A stretch of DNA of 57,860 nt, counting the filler, from Sphacelaria rigidula (taxonomy: Eukaryota): assembly GCA_964200075.2 (NCBI GenBank). It is 5 parts of 5 records of this genome, joined end to end, with 100 filler letters (N's around TTAATTAATTAA, not from the genome) between each part and the next. Parts side by side here need not be neighbours in the genome. Positions count along the whole stretch, not along the records: positions 23,188 to 34,678 come from CAXNAA020004867.1; positions 34,779 to 46,269 come from CAXNAA020004868.1; 3 more parts are not named here. One strand, written 5' to 3'. The translations under genes and the position numbers were made by a program. Shown piece after piece: positions 24,827-35,966 of the stretch. Below the pieces are notes generated by a model that was given only the letters and a program-made list of their open reading frames with translations, was not told the DNA's origin and did not search any database. Each line of letters begins with the position of its first letter. Position 1 is the stretch's first letter.

Positions 24827-27800
24827 CTACGACAACACGCCCTTTCCAAAGTAGGAAGCCACTTGCGCGAAGCCGTCCGGCGCCTCTTCCAACCCCTTGA
24901 AGAACTGCTCGTGATCCACCGCACTTCGAGCTTGCGCAGCCTTGATATCCTGTATCTTAGCCTGCTCTCCCCCCATCCCCCCCACCTCCCCCGCACCGGC
25001 TCCTACCCGAGGCGGGATGCCTAGCGGAGAGGCCAACTGCGGAAAGCAACGCGAATGTTTGGGAAGTGTCCGTGCTCTCGTCGTTCAGCGTTCGTTCGTG
25101 GATGCAGCGTCAAGTCACACGGTCAAGTACGGTAGGGAGTGAGTGATGCGCTCGTCGGAACCCGATCAGCCAACAAGCTGCCTGATGTTTGATTGACTCA
25201 TCGACGATCGATTGTCGCACTTTAACTGACCCCCCCAGGGGTCCAGCTGTGGTCTCATGATAGACGTACCCAATAAAACCAAACTGAACCACACTCTGGA
25301 GAAAAGAAGGAACAGAAAGAAAAAAAAACGTCGAACAGAACGACATAGCAGACTAAGTCGTAACAACAAAAGTAATAAAAATTGATGGAGGAGAATCCTC
25401 TTCGGGCGTAGTGTCAATGCGCAGGGTTCAGGGTCAACCTTCTGTTTTGGCGCTTTCCCGCTAAGCTCTAGCTCAAAACCTTTCAGGGCATGCATTGAGG
25501 TAATTTTTCGTACTCCAACCCCTAGCCCTGATCCTGAGTCTCATGCCCGAGTCTATCCCCCCCCCCCCCCCCCCCAGCAAAAAAAACTCGCGGACCGGCT
25601 GCAGGGCAGTGGACTGTGCGTGCGGAGAGCNNNNNNNNNNAATTTTCGGTGCCCCCACCCCCCCCCCTGATCTGGGCGTCCATCCCCCGGTCCACCCCCC
25701 CCCCCCCCCCCCCAAAAAAAAAAAGCTCCAGTTATGGTTCCTCGCAGTGAAGTTTTGTTGCGGAAGGCGTGATAAACGTGACTTAAACCCTCGGTGAAGG
25801 TCGACGGGTTGCGGGCGTAGACATCATTCACCGCACAAAAACTAGTCGCAAGATACGTACCGGGGCCAACAAGGGCTGATTCTTCGAGACTATGGACTCG
25901 TCATGAGGAGAGGGGGGGGTAGACTGATTATCTTGCATGCCGTAATCATAGTACCACTGAATTTGCACTCCTACAAAAGACGGGACGGAGCACGCCGGGT
26001 TATCGCTGGACCAAGCTCGTAATCGATCACCGAGCGTGAAGCGCCGTGATGTGTTCGGCGGGTCGCATTAAGGGTGACCTGCATCTGCTAAGATTGTTCG
26101 GCTCGAAACGTACTTATTATCTTGCATCTACATGATAGCCTGCGATGAGTTGCTTCCTTTTTGGGTATCGCCACTTCCGGAGACAGCCACGGGATACCCA
26201 CTGCCTCATGGGTGTCTCATCACGTGACAACTAGTCGTACAATCAGGAGGAGAGGGGAGGGGAGGGGCGGGGGGGGGGGATGAATAACTTGTATGATGTA
26301 ACGGAACCACTGATATCCGATAGAGACGTGTTCGAGGCATTAAACGTGACAATCCCAGCCGACACTGACACCTACTCCGTCCCAACTCAATCGGTTTCAG
26401 TACACCTCGAAGACATGATTCCAAGGTTGCGTTCTATGGGGTACGGTTTTCTGTATACCCGGGGTATTTTGCCGGGTATGTACCGCACCCGACAGTTCTA
26501 TGACTTCTGTAAGACTTTCGTACCGGTACCCGACAGTTCTGTAATTTATGTAAGACTTTCATACCCTTACCCGACAGTTCTGTAATCTCTGTAAGACTTT
26601 CATACTCTTACCCGGTAGTTCTGTAATCTCTGTAAGACTCCCGTACCGTCACCGGGGGGCACGGGTACACCCTTGATAAGATACAAGATTGCGGGTACGG
26701 TCTTCTGTGCAAACTCCATACCCTACCCGACAGTTTCTGTGAGTTCTGTAAGCCTCCCCTACCCTTACCCGACAGTTGTGTGAGTTATGTACATAATGTT
26801 TAGCCGTACCCAGAGCGCGGGTGTGCTCTTCAAGAATACCCGATTGCCGGTAACGGTGTTCTGTAAGCCTCCCATACCGTACCCGACAAGTTCTGTAATT
26901 TCTGTAAGACTTTCATCCAGTACCGGTACCCGACAGTTCGGTGAGCTCTGTAAGCCTCCCATATCCCTACCCGGGGTTCGCGTGTACCGTTATAGATATA
27001 TACCCAATTGCAGGTATGAGCACAAGTATATAGCTTGGGGAGGTACGGATATAGGTTCAATCCAAACACATCATGACCTGAACATGCACCTCTCATCGAT
27101 CACCCCACCCAACTCCTCCATTAAAAAAAAACTGCACACCAACAATAATGCAATGTTGAAAAGTTCTGTAGTTCGGTATCTGACGGGATACGAGGTACCG
27201 CTGAGTGGAAACACGTAACATGGTCAGCCCTGCAGACCGTCAGGATGGATCATCCCCAGACTCGCGAGTGGTGGCTCGAGCGGGGGTGGTTCATCTGCGC
27301 CACCAAAGGATCAAGTAGCAAGACGCACGTCATCGACGGCAATCGGGGGTGGTTGTGTCGTGGTAATCAAACCCCAGGCCGTTATCGATATTTACAGCAC
27401 AGAGTATATGAGCTGCCACCGAAAGTCGCCAAGGCCGTCGGCAATTTTGTCGTGTGCCGAACCGCTTTTAGAGAACGGGCAGCCGTGAATGCTCCTTCAT
27501 GTACTCTTTGAGAGTATACGTGAACCCGATAGATGTTGACGACCTAGGTACTACTGCGATTGTTCGTGTTGTCTTTCTCTATTAACCCCGTGAAGGCCGT
27601 TCAGAGTTTTCGTGAAATCTGTATTTTGCCATTGTTGTAGTGACGTAGGTCCCACCACCACAGGGGTGATGATTATACCAAGGTCGTGTTCTGTAGGGTA
27701 CAGTTTTCTGTATACTCGGGGTATTTTGCCGGGTATCCACCCTATCCGACAGTGCTGTAATCTCTATAAAACCTTCATACCCGTACCCGATAGTTCTGTG

Positions 27801-30800
27801 AGTTCTGTAAGCCCCCCGTACCGTTACCGGGGGGCACGGGTATGCTCTTGATAAGATACCCGGGTGCGGGTACGGTTTTCTGTGCAACCTCCATACCCTA
27901 CCCAACAGTTTCTGTGATTCTATAAGCCTCCCATACCCTTACCCGACAGTTCTGTGAGTTCTGTACAAAACCTTTACCCTAACCCGAGGGGCGGGTATGC
28001 CCTAAAAGAGTTACCCGGTTGCTGGTACCGGTTCTCTGTAACCCTCCCGTACCGTACCCGACAGTTCTGTAAGTTCCGTAAGCAATCTCATACCCTGCAG
28101 AGCGTACCCGTACCTTACAGAATACAACCTTGCATGATTCCACCATCGCTACACGAGGACCCACGCCGCCACGCTAGAGCCAATACCTCCGGACGTACGA
28201 CAGTGTTAACAGCCTTACTAATGTAGATCGAATTCAAAACTTTCAAGGGAAGTGGATACTACACCGGGTGAAAAGGGCAATCTACGTGAAGACCCCAACA
28301 TTCGCATAAGGCACAGAAACCGTTCGGAGGCCACTGTACGTGAGATGTACTATACGCGCACACTATACACCAAGCGACGCTCTGCTTTGAGACCCTCTCT
28401 ACTTCGGAAGTTGACGATATTGCTAGGGCTATAGTTCGTAAGCGCAGGGCGGAGCGTGCACTGCGCCATGTTCACGGGGGGGGGGGGTTGGTGGGATTGA
28501 CCCTCACAATGCCTTGAGCAAAGCTTTCCGAATCTCCGCGGCGCCTACCCCACATGACGATCGCGAGGCGGTCTACGCAAGCCTCCGAGTAATCGGCACC
28601 CTAACCCGTTTGCGGGGGGAGTGTTGGGTGGGGTTTCCTTCTTGCCCTAATGAAGAACAAACTGTTGCACGAAGAGAGCCCCACCTCGACCGTATCGCCA
28701 TAGTGTGATGTAAGGCACGGACTAGAACATGGAAACGCATCTACGCTTCCAGGTGGGTGTAGTCAAGATTCTGCATACCGTAGTCACAGGATCGTTGACC
28801 TCGCGTCATACGCCGGGAAGGAGCACACCGGGTTTTTGCTTCACCAGGTTCGCAATTAATCGCCAAGCACGAAACGCCATGATGTGTTCGGCGAGTGGCG
28901 TGAAGGGTGAGCTACAACCGAGTAAGATTGTTCTTCCCGAAGAAGCGTACTGATCATCTTGCATTTGGATAACAGACTCGAATGAGTCGCTTCATTTCCT
29001 GGTAAATCGCCACTTCCACAGACAGCCATGGGTTACACTGTCGCATGATGAGTGTTTCACCATTCAAACACCTTGACGTACGATCATCTCGTCTGCGCGG
29101 AGTTGAGGTCCTCCACCTCGCACAATGTGATCTGACCCGACCACAATCATGTTTTTACCGCGAAAAAAAGCGATCGAAGCAACCCCGCAACCTGGTTGCC
29201 CAACTTACGCAGTGAGTGACGCGTTTAACGACGTCATTCACAACTGACGCCAAAGCTCAAAAAGGCCTTCTTGGTTTCCATGGGGAGAGGAGGGGAAGGG
29301 AGGGGGGTTGGGGGGGTGTACTCATGATCTTGCATGCTGTAGTCATGAGACCGTTGACCTCGCATCCCTCAAAAGGCGGGATGCAGCACGCCGGGCTTTC
29401 GCCGGACCAGGTTCGCAATCAATCACAGAGCACGAAGCACCGTGGTGTGTTCTGCGAGTCGCATGAAGGGTGAGCTGCATCCTGCTAAGATTGTTCGGCC
29501 CGAAGCCCGCGAACCATGTTGCACATGGATGACATCCTCCGGAAGGCCTTTGCATGTGGTCACGGGCCTGAGCCTCCGGCACCCTTCATTTCCCCATATC
29601 CCAGTCCGACTCGTGGGAATTTGATTCGTGGGAAATGTTGTTGGATCGATCCTTACGGTCACGGCGAACACAAAACGTTGCACACGCCGGACAGCTCATG
29701 AGCTACCTGGATATTACTTTTTATTAGAGCACTGATCCGTATCATCAGCTAGCTCGTTTGGCCACTATATCCGTATTACCTCCCGACAGCGATGGACGCT
29801 GAGCACGCCGTGTAGCGGGAAGGTAATGTCTTGGCTTCTCGGACAATGCTGTCACGTGTTTTGTGTTTTTGTACAATCGATCTGAGTTCTCTTCGATTAG
29901 ATATTTCAGGTATTATAGCTCATGACCTGTCCGGCGTGTGAAAAGTTGTGGCGAGGCCAAAATATTTGGTACTGTCTTCCTACACCCGTACTGTACTGAT
30001 GACATTACTGTCTGCAGATACCCTTCAAAAAATGTGGCGCGCGTTCAGTTTATTTTCTCATGTTTTCAAAGAAGTACAATCGGGTGGTCGTTCACACATG
30101 CTAGATTCGATGGCCGACGTGAGGGATATAATGACGAGTGCAGGCCACAGCCCCCAGGTATCTCTCAGTCACCCATACATCAGAGCGCGTGTGCGAACTG
30201 CGTTGTTTCGCACCGGTGACAGATGGGAGCGTCGCAGCCGGGGCGAAGATGAAAGTGGTGACCTCGCAGAAAATTGACGTCGGCTTACTTTGCACGTGCA
30301 GATTCGAAGACGAGCGTGCTGTGCGCTTAGCTAGTGCCGCTTCAAGCGGATCAGAAGCTCAGAAGTCGGGTGCCCGCACACCGAAGCTGCATTACCAAGA
30401 TCAACGCCCGCGGGCCTACGAAGCGTCATCCCTTCGACACCCACTTCATGAAGCACTTGGGATGAATCGGTGTTGTGGACACCGGCGTTGCACTGAGCTT
30501 CTGATAGCGGCGATGATCAAAGCTATGTTCAAGCTTTTCAGACACAACTTGTTTTTCTGAATTTCGTGAGGGGTGCGCGCATGGTTGAAAAATGACGCCG
30601 GTTATCTCAAAAACAGACGAGTGATTATCCCATATTTGACTGTGGTGGTCCATCAACTGAGAGGAAAATAAAATGAAAATATATACTTCTTGTGTTAGGC
30701 CACTGCTTATAAGCGACAACAGAAAAATCATGGGAAAGTGTCTTTTTGGAGCTTTCACGTCGTTTTACGCTCTAAAATAGAGCAAGGCGAAATTTGACAC

Positions 30801-33800
30801 GTTGGAATGACTTGTTCTACTTGTTGAGGCGGTTCCAGGACATCTTCCCGTTCTCCGGTGGCCGCAGTTTTTATTTTGGACAAACAGGGTTGTAAAAACA
30901 AGGTTTTTTGTCCAAAAACGGTCAAGAACGGTCAAATTTAGAAAAAAGACGCCATTCTTCTCTGGACTTTACCGTTCTTGGCCAAAAATTCTTGTTTTGC
31001 CAGAATAAAAACTGCGGCCACCGGAGAACGGGCAGATGTCCTGGAACCGCCTCAACAAGTAAAGCAAGACATTCCAAGGTGTCAAACTCCGCCTAGCTCT
31101 CTTTTAGGGCGTAAAACGACGTGGACATTGAATAAGTAAATACAGATGGGTTTTATTTATGACCTACTATCGACGGCCGACTTCATATGTTATTAATTTT
31201 GTTTTTTGTTCAACGGGTTTTGACAGGCAGCAGACAAAACAAACTTCGTTGGAAAAGTCTTGAACGGAATACAAGAAAGGATAGCCTCAGTTGCGTGGAA
31301 CTTGCAGTCGTTCACCAAATATGGACCTTGAACTCGTGAGCTGTGATTTTCGGCTGCTGCAGCCGAATTCTAAAAAGTTAGATATCTGGACACATCTGGA
31401 GACAATATTTTTCTCTAGAATTTGGAGATTTTTTTGCAGGGACGGTTCTAGCCGTTGCCCATGCTATTCGTACGCGTCCTCTCTTTCTGGAACATTTCTT
31501 CAAGTCATGGTGTACAGTACACGTCTCTCCCTCCAGCTCGGAGAAACATTATGCCGAGCCGCTTCAAAATCTACTAATAGAGGCAGCAATATGGCGGGTG
31601 AACAGACACAACTCGACGCTAGAGCAACATGTTTTCAAAGCGGACTTTTGAAACGCAACCGACTCCAGTGTTCCATCTATTCCGCACTTGGTTTATTTCC
31701 CGATCGATCTGATCTGCATCCACCACCATTCCGGAACCGCGTTTTGTTGAACGACTCAAATACTGTCCAACATCATTCCCGATGGACCTCCGCCGTAGAA
31801 ATCAAATGTTCGGTCTTGATTGAAATCGTTGACTACATAAAGAGAGAGAGAGGGAGTGATAAAGACAATTGCCGCACTTATACTCCAACGTCCACGGACT
31901 GCCCTGATGAGGGGTGTCGTTATGTCATGCAGTGCTTGTCTTGAATTGCCTGGTATGCTTGTACGTATGGCTGTCCCTCGAGAGGTCGAAATATGGAACC
32001 TTGCGATTCTTAGTTTTTTTATTGGTGGTCTTTGGGCCTTGAGTTCCGCCCGTAGTCGGACCCTATGTTCATTTCTACTTGGCCTCGCGTATCGAATTGG
32101 AAAGCCAGGCGCCACCCCCTCAAGTCCGAATGGCCACCTGCGGTATCGGATTTTCTGAGGTTAGCCATATTAATTCTCCTTCTTGTTTATTATTTATTCC
32201 TGTTTTGCTTGTACCGCGTTTGGGTGTTTTTTTTTTGTAATCTGGGTCTATATTTGTTTATTTCGTTTTCTTTTATTTCCTTATACCTTATTATAGGTAG
32301 CTAGCCTGTGACCACGGAGGGCGTCCGCATCATCAGATGCCCCGTACCAATGAACCGCGCAGATATCGCAACGGTTTTCAATGTGAAGACAACAGCAACG
32401 ACAACAAAAACAACAACAGCAACGGACTACGGGAGGAGAAAATAAACCCGCCTCGTACCTTCGATCCTCCCCCTTTGACATCCTCTGCACCGAAAAACGT
32501 CGGTAATTCCATGGCCAGTCTCGACCCCGCTCCCGACGACGACTGAACGGTCGCCCTGCAATGGGAGTTGGAGTGGGACGTGAACGTAGGAAAGAGGCGT
32601 CGTTGAGTAATGCTGCGATCGGGGGGAGGGGGGGGAGGGGGGATAGTTTGGGCCGTTTCTTCCATGTAATTCCACTTCAAATCGTCGTTGACCGTAGCAG
32701 CAATGAACAGTGGATTCTCGAAAATGGGGTTCAACAAAAAAAATGAGGTTCAACTCAGAAGCTGTACTTCCCCCGACCTGAATAAATTCATGACAAATGA
32801 CTTTCACACGGACAACCTCATCCCTCCCGACCTCCCAAAAACTATTTCGGAGGGTTTCTAGCCTTCCGTTGCCCCCAAGGGGTATGTGCGAAAGCACACT
32901 TTTGCCTCGATTCCGGGGTGAAAAAATTAAGTTTTCTGGCGCAAAAATCGTGCTTTTCGCACAAACCGTTCGGGGGAACGGGAAGGCTGTTTATCCCCCG
33001 AAATAGTTTTAGGCAGATCGGGAGGGATGGGATCGTCCATATTCAAGTCATTTGTCATGAATTTAGGTCAGGAAAAGCACGGCTTTCGACTTGGACCTCA
33101 TTTTTTTTCAACCCCATTTTCGAGAATCCACTGCTAATGCTTGTTCGAACGCGCTCGCTACCGATAATTAACGTTCACTAATACTGTTTGACACCGCTTT
33201 CACCCAAATACAACAAGCGCACCGCGGGTGTCTTAGATCACCTAACACACCGATGAGCCCTTTGCTCGTGAAATTCACCAGCCCCCAGCCCCCCCCCCCC
33301 TATCGTAGCATGATCCCGTTGGGAAAACATAAAGGCCTTTCCAGCATCAAAATAAGCCCTCACATCACCACACTTGAGGGCCGGGCACCAGAGGCGAAAA
33401 TCTCAAGTGACTACTATTTTGGACCTGGGCAAAACTCTCACATGCACATGACCATCACTTGGCCAGGACAGCGCAAAAAGCCGGAAACCTCACCATGACC
33501 ATCTTCGCACTAACGCCAACGATGAGAAGTAAGCGTTTGTGAAACTGGACGGAACTCGACAAAACGTACCGCCCATCCGACAAGTCTTCAAGCACATGTT
33601 CCGAGTAGTCGTCTTTTCCTAACGCGGGAGAAACGTGGCAGCCGCAAGGCCGAACATAGACACAAAATTTCGCAGCAAGAAAAAAAAAAAGAGAGGTATT
33701 TTCTACCCCCGTCAGTGAATGCCAGCTGATTTTTTTTTCGCTATCTTGGTTACCTCAGGCTCTGGATCTCGGAGCGCATTTTTCTCGTGCTTTCCCTCAG

Positions 33801-33855
33801 CTCGGCCGCAGCTGACGCGTCTGAGTTTGCGCAGGTCGCTGCGCCAGCGAGATAC
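24827..33855 (-). CDS. VPS11: VPS11 (HOPS/CORVET core subunit), last three exons: 33855-33754, 32555-32459, 25036-24827; 5' part outside the contig
   Basis: GT-AG introns with compatible phases (2,0). YLAGAATCANSDASAAAELRESTRKMRSEIQSLR matches the pre-RING coiled coil, and AKIQDIKAAQARSAVDHEQFFKGLEEAPDGFAQVASYFGKGVL matches the VPS11 C-terminal motif (HDQF..L....D.FSVIADYFGRGVF). Confidence 0.85.
25912..26245 (-). repeat. Copy of a high-copy dispersed repeat (family A) whose fixed end abuts a C/G homopolymer
   Basis: Similar to ~28755-29085, 29313-29560, 34819-34862, 43465-43620, 46222-46269, 46370-46415, 46845-47080, 53235-53455, 54008-54075 and 57050-57083 (core gggtgtactcatgatcttgcatgccgtagtcat). 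Boundaries approximate. Confidence 0.8.
26422..28132. mobile_element. Non-autonomous hAT-type element, 1,711 bp, with a duplicated left end and ~40-bp subterminal repeats
   Basis: Perfect 8-bp TSD CATGATTC (26414-26421 and 28133-28140). TIR CAAGGTTGCGTTCTATGGGGTACGG versus the reverse complement of the right end, CAAGGTTGTATTCTGTAAGGTACGG. A second left end starts at 27679; many acccgacagttctgt units. Confidence 0.9.
28755..29560 (-). repeat. Two further copies of dispersed repeat family A
   Basis: Shared blocks such as tgtgttcggcgagt, gaagggtgagct and taagattgttc; boundaries approximate. Confidence 0.8.
30756..31123. mobile_element. Foldback/MITE-like inverted repeat related to the one at 10799-11496
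   Basis: cacgtcgttttacgc at the left end pairs with gcgtaaaacgacgtg at the right. It shares gaatgacttg.tct.ct.gttgag.c.gtt with the contig-1 element. Confidence 0.85.
32708..33133. mobile_element. MITE with long TIRs (CAGTGGATTCTCGAAAATGGGGTT), probably hAT-related; partial copy at ~23021-23087
   Basis: The terminal 24 bp are a perfect inverted repeat and imperfect pairing continues ~170 bp inward. No clean TSD. Confidence 0.85.
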
Positions 33856-34678
33856 CTGGGGAGAAAGTCTCGAGTTACCCACAGCGGCAGACTTGGGTTC
33901 TGGGACAGTATGGTCAACACCTGCGCAGGGGGCGACGGGCGTAGGGACGATAAAATGAGGGGTCATGCAATTCAAAAGTGGTCAAGGTTCTCGCCACCGT
34001 ATCAAACGATCTCATGCCACCTTCGTGTACTTCCCACATTTCCCCTTCTAGCACGTCGCGTTCCTCCGTGTAAAGTTCACATTTTGCCACAACACGAGTT
34101 CTGCTCTCTATTGCCTTGCCACAGGGACAATTCTGTGCATTTACTTCCTCCTCCGCTCGACTATTGGTATACCTTTTCCTTCTCCCACCCGAAACCGCAA
34201 CTTCAACGTTTTCGCGGAGTCCATTGGACCATGCAGATATATCTTCATCCCGATCCCCTCTCGAAACCCCCCGTAGATTCTCACGCCCCCCCCCCGTAGA
34301 TTCTCAGGTGCTCTCCCTCGCCTAATTTCCGTCTTAGCGTTTCTTTTCCCCTTATTTATATCATGCCTCCTACGTTTTATCTTGTACCCGCCACATTAAT
34401 CTATCAAGATCATCTCCTCTCAGTTTTCTCCCATGTCTCATACTTTCTCGACTACTCTATCCCACCATACTCCAGCCTACCCTTCCGTCACTTTCTTCCA
34501 TACGGCTCTATCAACTATGGCTAGAAATCTCTTCTTGGCATGCTCCCTACGGTATATTGCCATTTTAGTTCTCCCATATCTTATTAGTTTTAAGTGGGTG
34601 CAATTCCAACTCTGCTCTCAACGCTGAATTACTCGTCGGTTTTGAGCATCCAAGTATTAATAAAAAAAAGGGGGGGGG

Positions 34679-34778
34679 NNNNNNNNNNNNNNNNNNNNNN
34701 NNNNNNNNNNNNNNNNNNNNNNTTAATTAATTAANNNNNNNNNNNNNNNNNNNNNNNNNNNNNNNNNNNNNNNNNNNN
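34679..34778. other. Artificial contig linker
   Basis: N44-TTAATTAATTAA-N44. Confidence 0.97.
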
Positions 34779-35966
34779 AAATACTCCCAATTGAACCCCT
34801 CCCCACTTACCCCCCCCCCAATGGTCTTATGACTATGGCATGCATGATCATGAGTACACCCTCCCCCCCCCCCCCTCTCTCTCCCCCCCCCCCTCCCCTG
34901 TCGATCACGTAACGATGTCAACATCGAACGGGATGGTCGCGAAGCACGAAAAATGACGAAATGTTCATGATTTAATAGTGCGACTCAACCTCGACCCATG
35001 AATCTTGACGGTACAACACCGAACCCCTCCATTGCACGAGACAAAACACAACGACAACGACGATTTTTCCATAAAAAGGACATGAGGGGGGGAGGCGGTC
35101 ACGAGAACAGGAAAACTTGAAGCGCGGAGGTGCGCCTGGGTGTGCTGCGTTTTTTCGAGCTCTGTACGTGACAAAATGCACGCGAGATCGGACGAAAAAA
35201 CCGTATCTCCCTCACCGCACAACATTCTCGCCATCTCAAGCATTCCGATGCACGCAATACAACAAAAGTCCTCTTCCTGCGCCCAATTGACCTACGATGA
35301 TATCACATATAACCCCCCCCGCGCGCCGAATCAATTCCACGCACCACATGACAAGAGTACAATTCCACTAAGAGAGCGTGTGTGACCTCATTGCCGGGCA
35401 CAGCAGCGCATCACGCACGCCCTTGCAAATGCATTGATTGAAACAGATAATAATGAGCCACTGTAGGCGAGACAACACAAGCACGAACGCCCGCACGAGA
35501 AGCAGGCCTGCAGCCCACGTCTGCCCGAACGACGGCAGCCCCCCAGTAATCTCCCCCTCTCTCTTCCTCCCGCTCCATTCTTCTAGGTCAGGTGCGCCAC
35601 GCAGGGGTGAGGAGGGGCGCGCGCTGGAAACACGACAACAGCCACTTGAACATACTGCACAGGTACAACAGACCCCGATTCAATGGGGTGTCATTACACG
35701 AAGGAATTTTGCCGCAAAACTTACATCGTCCGAAAACGGCCGCGGGTCCAGTTTTTGAAAATATTCCACACGCTGATTCCACCCAACACGCCAACCCGGT
35801 CCCATCCTTACTCCGAGAGCAAAAATTTTGACTCTGTGGTGACGGATCTAACGCCATTCCTTCCACAAGCGCCAAAAAAATGCCGACCCTTGGACCGACC
35901 ACAAAAGAGTCCATCATGAAACACAAAAAATACCCATGAAACAAACATCTACACTCAAACCCATCA

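Noticed and set aside
31291-31944. 217-aa + strand ORF in the VPS11 intron
   Set aside because: TTG start, no recognisable motif and no supporting splice context; unsupported as a gene.
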